Below, piece by piece: positions 1 to 12,459 of a stretch of 64,000 bases of DNA. This stretch comes from Cladosporium halotolerans (taxonomy: Eukaryota): the NCBI RefSeq assembly GCF_011745625.1, contig NW_027191488.1, positions 1 through 64,000 on the forward strand. Reading direction: 5' to 3'. The notes beneath the pieces are model-generated. The model was given only the letters and a program-made list of their open reading frames with translations. It was not told where the DNA came from and did no database searches. The stretch's first letter is position 1, and each line of letters starts with the position of its first letter. Both the position numbers and the translations under genes were made by a program.

Positions 1-401
1 CTCGGTATGACCATCATCGTCGTTCTCTTCGCCCCTCCCGCCTTCGCCTTCCCTCTCGTCACCATTTGCCACTCCGCACCCCCTCCGCCCTCCGACCCCG
101 CATCAGCGGCGAAGCCGGCGGCGACAGCGGGCGTCGAGCTTCGAGCTCCAGCACCTCCCCCACATCCACCGCCACCTCCCTCAACATCGATAACATCGTT
201 TTGAATGGTTTCAGTCATATCAGATTCCTTCAACGTGCCTGGTTCTCCTTGGACTGCATGTTTTTGTCCGTCCATCCTTTCCTGCAAGGTACCACTAGTC
301 CGCCCAGCCGGGGTCCCGCGCTCCGGCCAATCAGCGCGCCGCCTCGCTTCTGCTTCTGGAAGGCCACTCTGCGAGTCGGTCGTGTAGCTTCGGTTTGCAG
401 G
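1..401 (-). CDS. Partial hypothetical protein (exon running off the window start)
   Basis: Minus-strand frame open from a CTAAC...CAG acceptor near 402 to the window edge (...ERMDGQKHAVQGEPGTLKESDMTETIQNDVIDVEGGGG...). No family recognised and the 5' exon was not found. Confidence 0.35.
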
Positions 402-809
402 CTGGACGGGGTTAGTTGGTTAGGTCTTGTTCTGCGATGTTAAGGGGCACGGTTGCGCCATATGCCGGATGGCGATGGTAGAGGTGTCTATAGTGGTGGT
501 GACGCGATGCCGATGCGATCGGAGTCTGGGCCGTTTGTGTGTTTTTTGGGATGAAACGTGGGCTTGTGGGTTTGGTGACACGCTTGTGTTGACTATAGGC
601 CAAGGGAAGACTTCAGAGTGTAAGCATCATTGTGAAGTCTTATCATAGTGCCTCTTCTACCTCTGCGAAAAGAGAGGCTGCAAAATATCCAGACAATCAA
701 TCAAGCCTACATCCAGAGCCCATGTCCCCACCACCAGATGATCTGCCAACCCAAACTCTCACCAATGTCATACAATCTATCCACAACAAAAATACTTCTT
801 CAAATAACC

Positions 810-2948
810 CTACACCCACCCCTCCATCTCCCCCTCCCACCTCCCACCCATCCCCCCACCATAAAGCTCAATAATCGAGCCCCCCACACTCTTCACCGTC
901 TCGCCCCTCCTTAGCTGCGGGCTATACGCCGGCGGCGGGCTGCTCTCTTCCACAACCGACGGCGGAGGGCGCGGGAGTTTCTTGTGAACGCCTAGGGGCG
1001 GGGTGCGAGGGTTTGTGAAAGTGGTGGGAGGGGAGGTTGTTGCGAGGAGGTGCGTGAGGGTTGTGGAGGGGAGGGTTCGGGGGGTGGTGGGGAGGGTGAT
1101 GCCGAGGGGGGAGGGGTTGGTTGAGGAGGGGGTGGAGGGGGAGGAGTGCTGGTGGGAGATTGGAGGGGAGGGGTGGTAGTGCGTGTGGGATTCCGTGGAT
1201 GGCGCGGAGCCAGTAGGCCTGCTTGCTACGGAGTGCGCGGTCAAAGCAGGGGTTTGAGAGTGCGGCGAAGGTGTGCGTGATGATGTGCTGAGGTGGTTCT
1301 CCACGATCCCGCGTGGGTTTCTGTCTTCTTCATATGTGTCTGACAGCGCCGCGATGTGCAGATCCTTGTCCAGCAAGTCGTTCTCCAGCTTCGCGATCTG
1401 TGCTAGCAAGGCGCCGGTGGTCGTGTTCTGGTGGCCAACGTCAGATTTCGCCCGATGATGTCTCGACCTAGCGAGCAAAGTGTCCTTCGCAGCAGAGCCC
1501 TGCGACGCGCTCGCCTCAACCAAGCGTGCATTCCGCTCTCTGAGCTCGTCAGCCTCCCGCACAAGGCTAGCTTCCCGCTCTGTAAGTCTGCGAACCTGCG
1601 TGCAGACCTGGTGGAAATCCTTCTCGACGTCGAGGCGCTGATTCTTCGCGTCTGTCAGCCGAGATTTCAGGTCCTCGGCGGTGCTCTGCAGTGCCGACTC
1701 TGATGCTTGCAAGACGCGGATTGTCTCGCCGGCTATCGAGACTTGTTGTTGGCTGGCTTCGAGGGCGGCGCGGAGGGAGTTGCATTCGAGCCATACTTCG
1801 CCGCAGCCTTTGGAAGAGCGACATGGGATGCTGGGTGTTGGGTGGAACTCGCTTGCTCGCCTCTCGCTGAGGTGTGTCGGAGCAAACGCGCTGGAGTTTT
1901 CGGTCGTGTTCAATTGTAGATGAGTCGGCAAGCTGTCGGCGTGGGCAGATATGCTGCTCCGAGACCGCTGCCTTGTGTTGGGGGCGTTGCGAACCTCATT
2001 GCTTCGTGAGAGACCCTGTCGTCGTTCGAGAAGCGAGACGTATTTTTGATATGATGCGATCTCGCATCTGTGCGCCTCTTTTAGCGCCATTAAGTGGGCT
2101 TCGTGCGATCTACGCAAGAAGAACAGATGGGCTCCTTGAGCCGCATCTGAGCTCATGTTAGGTGCATTACCGTCGACAGGCGGGGATTCCCCGTCTGTAT
2201 GTTCCCACGATGCGGGAGGCGTCGATCGATCTACATCGCGTGTGACTGCTTGATTGGCGTGGCTAATGGTCCTTTCAGCCTCAGATGGCCAGGGTGAAGG
2301 CTGAGTATCCGTCAAAGCACGACCATCTTGCGGAAAGCCTCTCGCTTCCTGCGAGCGCGTTGAGTCCTGGCTAGTTCGTGCATCGGATGATTGGTTTGGG
2401 CTTTCTTTCAGCCGCTGCTCCGCGAGCATCTGCTCATGACGCCTAAAAGGTAGCTGCAGCCATGGGTGCGTTGGTCGTCTTGTCGTTGTGGCAGATCGCT
2501 GCTCGTGTCCATCTAGAGCCGATGATATCCTTCGGTTCCCATCAAATGAATGGTATTGACGTTGAGATGCCTTAGGTCTTTCAGGGAAGGACCCTGGGAG
2601 CTCTACCAGAGAATGAGTGGGCGCTTCTTGCAAAGGTGTAGGTGGCGCGGTGTATGCTCTGGGTCTTGAATGATGTGGAGGTTGAAGCTGCGTCGATGGA
2701 TTGGGCGACCTCAGCATGTCGTTTACGACAGCAATGAGAGAAGTTGCCGACTTCACTGCAGCATCCTGAAGCGCCGAAGAGTCGTTCGGCTTTTGTTCAT
2801 CATATGACGAGCGGTTTTGGGTTGATGTAAGATTCAAAGGAATCGGCCGACGATGCCCGCTCTGCAAGTCTTCATTAGCTGTGCGTCTTGTTGTGAGAAC
2901 ATGGTCAATGTCATACCTTCGGCGATCTTGAATAGTCAAGCCCTTCAA
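810..2948 (-). CDS. Hypothetical protein with central coiled coil and S/T/P-rich disordered regions (5' exon(s) unresolved, probably up to about 3300)
   Basis: 712-codon open frame with heptad-like segment (LRAALEASQQQVSIAGETIRVLQASESALQSTAEDLKSRL). The ORF starts at a non-ATG codon, and donor-like GTAGGT/GTATGT sites lie upstream. Confidence 0.7.
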   Translation of the reverse strand: MKGLTIQDRRRYDIDHVLTTRRTANEDLQSGHRRPIPLNLTSTQNRSSYDEQKPNDSSALQDAAVKSATSLIAVVNDMLRSPNPSTQLQPPHHSRPRAYTAPPTPLQEAPTHSLVELPGSFPERPKASQRQYHSFDGNRRISSALDGHEQRSATTTRRPTHPWLQLPFRRHEQMLAEQRLKESPNQSSDARTSQDSTRSQEARGFPQDGRALTDTQPSPWPSEAERTISHANQAVTRDVDRSTPPASWEHTDGESPPVDGNAPNMSSDAAQGAHLFFLRRSHEAHLMALKEAHRCEIASYQKYVSLLERRQGLSRSNEVRNAPNTRQRSRSSISAHADSLPTHLQLNTTENSSAFAPTHLSERRASEFHPTPSIPCRSSKGCGEVWLECNSLRAALEASQQQVSIAGETIRVLQASESALQSTAEDLKSRLTDAKNQRLDVEKDFHQVCTQVRRLTEREASLVREADELRERNARLVEASASQGSAAKDTLLARSRHHRAKSDVGHQNTTTGALLAQIAKLENDLLDKDLHIAALSDTYEEDRNPRGIVENHLSTSSRTPSPHSQTPALTAHSVASRPTGSAPSTESHTHYHPSPPISHQHSSPSTPSSTNPSPLGITLPTTPRTLPSTTLTHLLATTSPPTTFTNPRTPPLGVHKKLPRPPPSVVEESSPPPAYSPQLRRGETVKSVGGSIIELYGGGMGGRWEGEMEGWV

Positions 2949-3871
2949 TGCGAATGCACTCTACCGGGATAGGTACAACGGCGCCAGTGTACTGGACTTC
3001 CGGAGCGTTTCTTCGGTCTCCCTTCGTCCAGGTAAAGAACTTCGAAGACATACCAAATACATTAATTGCAACCTCATAAGGTAAAACAAAAGACAGAAAG
3101 CAAGCTGAGGATCCTTTGAAACATGAGAAGCTGAGTGAGAACCTACCATTGATAATACTGTTGTTCTCGTCTACATTGCCATCACGGCTGGAGGATTTAG
3201 CGCGGTCGGAGTAGGCGCTGAGCCGCCTCGGCGAGCACGGAAGGCTGTGCCTCTTGACCGGACGACAATAGCACACTTTGGACAGGTCAGGAGAGGTGGT
3301 TTGGCTCGGCAAAAGTAGGTTCGGCGTTACAACAGCCGCCCAGCGTCATGATCGAACGGATTTCCAGGTGCCGCAATTAATCCCGACATCCTCTGAAACA
3401 CTTCTTCCTTGCAGAATGTCGATCCTGCGTGCAGCATGTGTATGCTGCCAATGATGTGTTCGCGTCTAAGCGCTGGGAAGTGTGGTGGATGAAGTCGCAG
3501 AGCGCGCGCGCACGAGCCATCCCTCCGCAGCTTGTTGCTTGCCATCTCGCCCATCTCGAGGCTGCGTGGCTGCGCCACTCCACCATCCATGCCAGACTCG
3601 CCTTGCTCGATCAGACCACACCATCTCCGAAGCTTTGCACCAGACCTGCCGCCAAGTCGCGGCTTGCCGACTCGTTCCCATTTTGTGAGATAACGGGCCG
3701 GTTCAGTCACTCAGCCTTACCATTCGGAGAATTGCCTGATCCTTTTATATCAAGCTTTGCGGAATCACCTTTGAAGAAACGCCATCGTCCAGGCTCGCCC
3801 ACTCATGTTCTACGAACCCTGAACTTTTGATCCAGATTGGAAGCCATCGATCTTGGCGCTTGGACAGCAGC

Positions 3872-4780
3872 ATGCCTGCGTCTCCAGAGGGAACGCGTGA
3901 GAGATCACGGAGAGACCGTAGAAGCAGCTATTTCGATGACGAAGGTCGCGAACGCAAAAGCTATCGCGGCATGAGCCACAGCAGTGATGAGGGCTATTCA
4001 CGGCGACGACGTACTGGAGACGACAGAGATGGCAGCCACCGACGCAGGAGAGACCGTTCTCGCGAAGACTCTTACCGCCGGCGCGACCGGGACGACGACC
4101 ACAGCCATCGACGGAGGAGATCGCGCGACCGCTCACAGCAGAGGCGCCGCTCGAGGTCACCGGATCCAAAGCGGAGGAAACGATCACCAAGCGTGTCGCG
4201 CTCGAGATCGCCACCAGCAAGGAAGTCTCGGGGGCCCTTGCCTTCCCAGAACGACCAGTTTCGCGGTGAGGTAGCGCCGCAAGCAGCCGGAGACCAGCCT
4301 GTCAAAGAAAAGCCAAACTTCAAGCCCACCGGCTTGCTGGCGAAGGAGGCCAATACGGTCGCCGGCACGAGCACGGTGCTAAAGTATCATGAGCCAGCTG
4401 AGGCGCGTAAGCCGCCAGCCAAAGAACAGTGGCGCATGTACGTCTTCCGGAAGAAGGATCTTGTCGATACAGTTCAGCTCTATCAGCGAAGTTGCTGGCT
4501 CATGGGACGCGATCAAACCGTCACGGATCTGAAGCTAGAGCACCCCAGCATTTCGAAGCAACATGCTGTCATACAGTTTCGCTTCCAGACTACGACTAAT
4601 GAATACGGAGACAAGACGAACAAGGTCAAGCCTTATCTGATCGATCTTGAGAGCGCGAATGGAACTAAATTGAATGGCAAAGCAATCGGGACGAGCCGAT
4701 ATGTGCAGTTGGTTGATGGGGATGTGATCTCGTTTGGTGACAGCGAGCGGGAATATGTTATGATGCTGCCACCACCCTAG
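3872..4780 (+). CDS. FHA-domain protein, SNIP1/Pml1-like (RES splicing complex)
   Basis: RS/RD-rich N-terminus, KPNFKPTGLLAKEAN and LKYHEP motifs, and FHA core GRD...HPSISKQHAVIQ...DLESANGT. Confidence 0.9.
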   Translation: MPASPEGTRERSRRDRRSSYFDDEGRERKSYRGMSHSSDEGYSRRRRTGDDRDGSHRRRRDRSREDSYRRRDRDDDHSHRRRRSRDRSQQRRRSRSPDPKRRKRSPSVSRSRSPPARKSRGPLPSQNDQFRGEVAPQAAGDQPVKEKPNFKPTGLLAKEANTVAGTSTVLKYHEPAEARKPPAKEQWRMYVFRKKDLVDTVQLYQRSCWLMGRDQTVTDLKLEHPSISKQHAVIQFRFQTTTNEYGDKTNKVKPYLIDLESANGTKLNGKAIGTSRYVQLVDGDVISFGDSEREYVMMLPPP

Positions 4781-5066
4781 ATGAATTTTGTATAACACCA
4801 AGAATACATTGCTCAGATACCAGATAATGCAGCAATATTTAAGGACCGTCATTATTTTCATTCATCTATTGGTTTCCATTATCCTAGTCGCCTCGGCAAA
4901 GCTGCCTCACGAAGCTCTCCAAAGTGCCCGCGCTTGAGGAATCTTGAAGCCAGCGCCAAATATCGCCGTAGCAATATCGCCCGCCCGCCTGCACGACAAC
5001 AGCTAAAGCTTGCGAAGTCAGGGCACTTACTTTTCCCGTTCCTTCGACTCAGCAAACTCTACAAAC

Positions 5067-6797
5067 ATGTCTTTCGGCGGCCAAACGCCGACGGTCATCG
5101 TCCTCAGAGAAGGTCAGCAAACCCTCGAAACCCCCGCGCCTGGGCGACAGATTTACTGAAACACCACAGGCACCGACCAGTCGCAGGGCAAAGGCCAGGT
5201 CGTCTCGAACATCAACGCATGCGTCGCCGTCCAGGCAACTGTCAAGAGTACTCTCGGTCCCTACGGCGGTGACCTGTTGCTCGTCGACGAAAATGGCAAA
5301 CAAACGATCACCAACGACGGCGCGACAGTCATGAAGCTCCTCGACATTGTGCACCCCGCCGCGCGAGTACTTGTCGACATCGCAAGATCACAGGACGCTG
5401 AGGTCGGCGACGGCACAACTTCCGTGGTGGTTCTGGCGGGCGAGATCCTGAAGGAGGTCAAGGAGTACGTCGAGGCGGGCGTGAGCAGTCAGACGATCAT
5501 CAAGGGCCTGAGAAGAGCGAGCACAATGGCGGTGAACAAGGTTAAGGAGATCGCGGTCAACACGAGCGAGAACAACCAGAGGGAAACGCTGCGGAAACTC
5601 GCCGGCACGGCCATGTCCTCGAAACTGATCCACCGCAACTCCGACTTTTTCACGAAGATGGTGGTGGATGCCGTGCTCACTCTGGACCAGAACGACCTGA
5701 ACAACAAGCTTATTGGTGTCAAGAAGGTTACCGGTGGTGCGCTCCAGGACTCGCTCTTCGTCAACGGTGTGGCTTTCAAGAAGACATTCTCGTACGCCGG
5801 TTTCGAGCAGCAGCCCAAGTCTTTCAAGAACCCGAAGATTGCTTGCTTGAACGTGGAGCTGGAACTGAAGGCTGAGAAGGACAACGCCGAGGTGCGCGTG
5901 GAGCAGGTCTCGGAGTATCAGGCGATTGTCGACGCTGAGTGGAAGATCATTTACGAGAAGATGGAGCTGCTCTACAAGTCTGGCGCGAAGGTGGTGCTCT
6001 CGAAGCTGCCTATTGGCGATCTTGCGACACAGTACTTCGCCGACAGGGACGTTTTCTGTGCCGGACGTGTGTCTTCGGAGGATCTCGAGCGCGTGTGCCA
6101 GGCGACTGGCGCGAGCGTGCAGTCGACTTGCTCAGACATCCAGGATAAGCACCTCGGAACTTGCGAGACTTTCGAGGAGAGGCAGATCGGTGGCGAGCGC
6201 TTCAACTTCTTCGAGGGTTGCTCGACCGCAAAGACTTGCACACTCGTGCTCCGTGGTGGTGCCGAGCAGTTCATCGCCGAGGTCGAGCGCTCCCTCCACG
6301 ACGCCATCATGATCGTCAAGCGCGCCATCAAGAACCAGACCATCGTCGCCGGCGGCGGCGCCTGCGAGATGGAAGTCTCCGCCTACCTGCACAACTTCGC
6401 CGACAAGAACGTCGCAACCAAGCAGCAGAGCATCATCAAGGCCTTCGCCAAGGCCCTCGAGGTCATCCCCCGCCAGCTCTGCGACAACGCCGGCTTCGAC
6501 GCCACCGACATCCTCAACCGCCTCCGCGTCGAGCACCGCAAGGGCAACATCTGGGCCGGCGTGGACTTCGACCACGAGGGCATCCGCGACAACATGGAGG
6601 CCTTCGTCTGGGAGCCCGCGCTCGTCAAGATCAACGCCATCCAGGCCGCCATCGAAGCCAGCTGCCTCATCCTGTCTGTCGACGAGACGATCAAGAACCA
6701 GGAGTCACAACAGCCGCAGGCACCTCAGCGAGGGCTGCCTCCTGGCGCCGCCCAGCGGGCCATCAGAGGCAGGGGCCGCGGCATGCCGCGCAGGTAA
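5067..6797 (+). CDS. CCT7: T-complex protein 1 subunit eta (CCT/TRiC chaperonin)
   Basis: Exon 1 5067-5112, intron 5113-5169. Chaperonin motifs TITNDGAT and GDGTTSV, plus eta-typical [14 protein letters not shown] and C-terminal GRGRGMPRR. Confidence 0.95.
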
Positions 6798-7174
6798 GCG
6801 AGATGACAAAAGGCAATGAAGCGATGACTTTTGCGCTGGAAAGTTTTACGGCGTAGCATAATACGTATAGAGTTTATGTACAAGCTGTACGTGATACTGC
6901 ACCATTGTCCGTGTTCCGAATATTGAAATGATAGGGGTGTGTCTGAAACGGGATTTGCCCCTAGCTCACCTTCTGGTCAATGGGGGCTCTGCTATTGACT
7001 TGATAAAACGGACACCAGCCCTCGCGATCATTGCTCGCATGGAATGGCAATTGGTGCAACAATCTAACTTCGTTCAGTCGTTTACTTTGAATCTATTTCA
7101 GCTAAGCTACTGAGAGAAGATTCGCTCGCACACACATTCAGTCTATGCTGCCAACGCAGCCCTCAATAAACCAC

Positions 7175-8944
7175 TCACTCCTTAGCCTCCCTCAGCTTCA
7201 ACGTAACCGGGTTAGCCGGGCAGCTCGTCAGCGTCAAGTTGCTCCTGACCACCTTCTCAAACTGGCCCTCCGCCGCCTCAATTGCATCGAAGCGCTGCAG
7301 CAGCCTAACGACCACATAGCTGGCTTCGGTCAGCGCAAATTGCTGCCCAATACAGATCCTGGGACCACCGTTGAACGGCAGGAACTCCCAGCCCGGCTTG
7401 CGTCCGACGAAGCGCTCGGGCTTGAACTCGTCCGCGTCCGGGCCCCAGAGGTCCTTGCGCCGGTGCATCACGTGGATGCTGTAGTTGACCTCTGCGTTCG
7501 CGGGGATCAGCACGGGGCTCTCGCCGTCGGGTCCGCCGCCCTTGGGCAGCGTCGTGATCTTGTTCGCGCGGCGTGAGTTCCCGGGCACCACGGTCCAGAG
7601 GCGCAGGGTCTCGTTGAGGCAGTGTTGGAGGTAAGTGCAGCCCTTGAGCGTGGAGAAGGTGATGTCGCGCGGGTCGGAGTAGGTGCCGAAGTCGGCGATG
7701 ATGGCGGCGCGGAGTTTCTGGAAGACCTCCGGGTTGCGCAGGAGCTGGTGGAAGAGCCAGGAGAGCAGCGAGGCGGTGGTGTCGCGGCCGGCGAGGAGGA
7801 TGTTGAGGAGCTGGGCGCGGAGCTCGACGGGGTCGCGGGTGCGCGAGGCCAGCTCTTCGAGGAAGACGTAGCGTTGCTTGTGGTTGCCTTCTTCGGCGAG
7901 CTTCTCGCCGCCGGCGGACTTGCGAAGGGCGAGGTTCACATAGTGGTCGATGAAGCTTTGGATATTCTTATTGTTGTCCTTAAACTCGCGCGGGTTGTGC
8001 AGCCAGTAGAGATCTCCGAGGCGGAAACGCTTGGCGAGGTGAGCCTGAGCACCGTCGAAGTTGCGGGAGAAGGACGTTTCTCTGGCGAAATAAGTATTAG
8101 CATGTGGTTTCCATTGTAGGAATTGTATATTTCTGTTGCTTACCTGGAGCGTTGAGCTTCGCTCTTTTCGTTTCCAAGGCCGGCTTCGGAAAGCTGGCTG
8201 TCAACGGACTCGCCAAAGAGAAATTCAGTCGCAGAGTCAATGGTGAGGCGGAAGAAGAGCTGTTGAATGTTTGTCTCGGAAGTCCACCCATCCGCTTGAA
8301 TAGGCATGACCTTGAAGAGGTCTTGGACGTGCCTCTCCTCAAGCTCCAAATCAGAGACCTGGTCTCTCACGAAGTTTGGCCTCAGCAGGGCTCGGCTGTG
8401 TTCCCACGGCTTGCCATCTTGGGTGAAGATACCAGATCCCAAGGTCTGGCCCATGTTTCCGCTGCGGGCAGGCCCGAGGTCAAAGTCGCCAAACTGGGTA
8501 GCGAGCATGGCCTGGATGTTGCGAGGGTCCGATGTGAAGTGGATGTCCTGGAACATTATGTACGATTTGAAAGTAGAAACTTCACGGCCATATAGCTCAC
8601 TCATAACGCGTTCGCGTCGGATCATGAGGTCAGGAAAGAGCTGGTCCTTGTCTGCTTGCATCAGTTGATTGAGATGGGTGAGGCCACCGAAACCCGCGAT
8701 CGGGTATGAGACCGCAACCTGAGCTCCAGTCTGACGAGCTTTGGCTGTAGAATCTGTCAGTCCGAGTCCATTCCCAGGCTGCTCGAAGCCATTTTCATGC
8801 CTCGCCACAATCACGATGATATCAAGCGACCATGACGACAATGTACTAACCTGCCAGCTGACGCTTTTCCACAACAAGGTTGATCAACTTGTAGATAATG
8901 AAGGCGGCGACGCCCCAGGCCGCAAGACCGGCGTAGAGATGCAT
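7175..8944 (-). CDS. Cytochrome P450, CYP52 clan (alkane/fatty-acid hydroxylase-like)
   Basis: Introns 8850-8745 and 8143-8082. N-terminal TM anchor, GIFTQDGKPWEHSRALLRP, AGRDTT, ETLR, PERF and heme motif FNGGPRICIG. Confidence 0.93.
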
Positions 8945-11091
8945 GATTGCAGAGTTGCTGCCAATCGATTCACTGGTTCTGACCGAGTGAAGGCAACAGC
9001 GGTGGTTTTGACGTTCTGACAGGGAGGTGTAGTAAGCAGCTCCACTCCGAATCGTCGATATTCAGAGATAGATCCGAGATAAGATGCCGAAATCAGCGTG
9101 TGATCGGCCGTTCACTGCGGAGTCTGAGAGATCGCAACGAGCATACAAGGGAGAAATCCTCGAGCAACGTAGAAGTGAGAGCGAGTTGTCTCTTGTACTG
9201 TTCAAAGAGTGACCGCGGCGCTAAGGCCTCCACGAGCCAAGGGTGCAAGGAGTGGGCTCGCCTCGGATGGATTTCAAGTCCGGCCGCAGTCGCATTCGCG
9301 CTATTAAGCTGAGTGTGCTCTCAGGCGGCGAGACCGATACAAGGGTCATCTTCTATTCAGTGGAGCGTATCTTCGCCCTAGGTTACCGAGGCATCTTGGG
9401 CAAATGTGGCGGAACGGGACACTCCTCACACGGTGCCCCAAGGGGAGGGGGAAACAAGGTTTGGAGCTCAGTCTTCCCCCACACCGCAGGAATGGGTGTC
9501 GTGATGCCATGGCGAGCGTGGCTCCCTCGTGGTGGCCTGTTGCGTACATGAACCTCGTGCGCAGAATCTTAGACTCGGGGCCCGGCGGACCCGTCGTCTT
9601 GATGACCCTGGCGGCCAGGGTAGTATCGGTAGCGCGCGGTGTAACTGTCCACATTTCACACACATGGGCCGCTCCATCCGCCAGTAGGCCCGTGGCGATT
9701 TCATCTTCTCCCCGATGTCTAGGGCTAAGTGATGTAGGGCCTCCAAAAGGATTCCCTTGGCCTCATATCACCGTCCCTATGTCTTCATGAGCAAGTTGGC
9801 ATCCTCATGAAGGTTTGATTCTGCATAATTGCACTCGGCCGTAGGCGCAGCGCGTGGGATCGACGGTAGCTGGGTGCTACGACATGCCATGGCCTCGTGG
9901 TATATTCTATCATGTATCATCGGTCGAATGTATAGTCGCCATGACCCGGACCTCTATTTTAGCAGGCATTGTGGAGAGGTGTAGGTCCGACGGATTTCCA
10001 GCTTCCTGACATCGTAAGCCTGTGAACTGGGTCACGTAATAATGCAAACCCAGGCACCAGGATACACTCTGCACAATGTACATCGGATACGGATAGATGA
10101 ATAGCGCAGTTGACACAAGAGCTGCCCACAGATTTTGCGTGTTAGTAAGAATGGAGGATTCGGCTGAGGTGAGCCAACCTGCAAGATGCATTCCCGGCCC
10201 ACCGGCCTGAAACCTCGTCTGACGGGTTGGGGGCGCATAAGCGAGCGGGTCATCAAACCAGATTGGTGCAGTACGGATGAGGAAGATTTTGAGCGATGTG
10301 TCTGAGCTGATCAAGCGAATACTGTCCATTGTCATAATGGAATGTGCATGGGATCGAGGCGCAAGGACATGCATAAAAGGCTCAAAGCACCACTGAAAGA
10401 TTTGGCCATCTGCTCTTTTTAGGGCGCAGCTGCGATACATTGCTATGTGCAACAACCCGCCTGGGACTCTTGTGCCACCCGGCATGCTCCTGACAAATAG
10501 CACAATCTTGTAAAGTTCAAGCCATGGATCTTCTCCGGCTATCATTTCGCTGGCTTCATGAATATGATTTTCGGAGGCGCCACGCAAATCCGATTTACAA
10601 TATTAGCTTTGACAGTGGCAGAATTGTTACAATCTTGTAGATTCTGTTTTCGCTTCTCTCTCCTCCTGCTGCTGCTATATAATCAATTCCTCTATGACTC
10701 AATGATATTGTGACAAGGCCCGTTGCAGCCATCGTGATGAGGGGTCATTCATAAATCTTTACACAGCCGGCACGTGAACACGTGAACATGAAGGTTGTGC
10801 TGCAGAAAGCAAGAAAGTCGATCAAGGGGGCAAAGGGCCAAAGGGGCCCGCCCCGCTGGCCTGCACCCCTGTCCAACGTCAACAGCGGGTATTCCCGTGC
10901 CTCGCTGGGCGGCTGCCGAAACATTCACAGGCCATAGGTGAACTAACCTTGAACTATAGTGGCCAAGAGACGTTTCGTCGGTGGGTGCCATTGCTTTCAT
11001 CCTCTCTCAGGTGTAAGATTGGATCATCAAGGACCCTTTCACCGCCTGGCTGAATTTTGTCCTTAATTCAAGGATGCATCCTCACTGAGCC

Positions 11092-11940
11092 ATGGAACTG
11101 GAAGATATCGATCTGCTTTTGTCCTCGACGCCGGAACATGGCGATGTCGCCATTCCGGATGGCGCTATCGATCTCTTTCCAAGGAACATAGGTCCAAAAA
11201 TATTGTTGTTGCCCGACCAAAATCAGATCATGAAGGCTGGCTCAAACGTCAAAATGTCGGAGGCGGAAGCCATGCGATACGTCGCACTCCACACATCTGT
11301 TCCTGTGCCCGATGTACGAGAAGCGTACATCAAGGACGGCTGCGGCTACATTGTCATGTCTAAAGCTGACGGCGAACCGCTGGGCGACGTATGGCAACAT
11401 CTGGGTTCTGAACAAAGAGCTTCCGTGGTCAGCCAACTCCGGAATTATGTCGAACAGTTGCGATCATTAAATGGAGAGTTCTACGGTGCCCTCTGGCACC
11501 AGCCTAGCGAGGACATATTTTTCAAGCACCTTCCCTTCCGTCATGAGGATGTTCGCTATGGACCATACTACACTCGTCGACAATTCAATGATGGTCTCGT
11601 TGCTGCCCTGGAGAATTCACGCCCTGGCACGTTAGATGAGGTTGACAAGCAACTTGCGCAAAAAATCCAAGCCCTTACCGACGAATCGATGACCTTTTCA
11701 CACGGCGATCTCCATTCATTGAACATCCTCATCAATAGTATGGGCGATGTAACTGCAATTGTTGACTGGGAATCCGCCGGGTTCAGCATTTGTGGTCGGG
11801 AGTACTACGAGGCCCGAAGCCGATCACGGAACGCAGATTGGGATGCTGTTTTGGATGAAATCTTCCCGGAGGAAACGAGGCTGCATTTCGACATTTTCAG
11901 GGAGTTTGATCAGGCACTGACTCAATACACTGGTTTGTGA
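11092..11940 (+). CDS. Aminoglycoside-phosphotransferase (APH)-like protein kinase-fold protein
   Basis: Intronless 282 aa with EAEAMRYV...VPVPDV, Brenner-type HGDLHSLNILI and IVDWE motifs. Confidence 0.85.
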   Translation: MELEDIDLLLSSTPEHGDVAIPDGAIDLFPRNIGPKILLLPDQNQIMKAGSNVKMSEAEAMRYVALHTSVPVPDVREAYIKDGCGYIVMSKADGEPLGDVWQHLGSEQRASVVSQLRNYVEQLRSLNGEFYGALWHQPSEDIFFKHLPFRHEDVRYGPYYTRRQFNDGLVAALENSRPGTLDEVDKQLAQKIQALTDESMTFSHGDLHSLNILINSMGDVTAIVDWESAGFSICGREYYEARSRSRNADWDAVLDEIFPEETRLHFDIFREFDQALTQYTGL

Positions 11941-12009
11941 CGTGGTGACTCGGCCGGCTACGCGACGATTTCTCGCAGACTGCGATATCCATTGGCGTAG
12001 CTTGCACTC

Positions 12010-12459
12010 CTATTTTACCGCAGTACGGACCCATCTATTGCCAGCAGCCTGTGCCACCATGATCGCTGCTTGCCCTACCAGTGTTTCGATCCACGCTGAT
12101 GTGCCCGAAGGCACAATCTCTTCTGCCTCTAATGAAATCATGGCCCTTAGCACCCAGTCTTGACATCTCTCCACACCATCTTTGGGTGCCGGCTCTTCGC
12201 GAATGACCTTTATGGCTTGCCGAGCTTGATCTTTTGTTAATGAAGTGACCGTGAATGATCCCTCTGAGCTTCTACTGCGGATGTCGACACCTCGTCGCTC
12301 GTCGTATTGATAGATCAACTTGCCCATGTCAATCAATTGGACATGCAGTAAGGTGCCCCTTCCAGAAGTCTCCTCGTGGACCGCAAATGCCCAATGCGAT
12401 CGATGGTCCGCAGTAGTCCCCAGGCCGTGAACCACAATTGAAAGGGCGTGAGACGCCAT
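12010..12459 (-). CDS. Small conserved-looking fungal protein with His...Cys pair (permuted papain-like candidate)
   Basis: Intronless 149 aa with SHWAF near the N-terminus and CQDWVLRAMISL near the C-terminus. The fold assignment is inference. Confidence 0.7.
   Translation of the reverse strand: MASHALSIVVHGLGTTADHRSHWAFAVHEETSGRGTLLHVQLIDMGKLIYQYDERRGVDIRSRSSEGSFTVTSLTKDQARQAIKVIREEPAPKDGVERCQDWVLRAMISLEAEEIVPSGTSAWIETLVGQAAIMVAQAAGNRWVRTAVK

Noticed and set aside
9910..10587. 225-aa minus-strand ORF
   Set aside because: Non-ATG start, no motif and random-looking composition; it cannot be supported as a gene.
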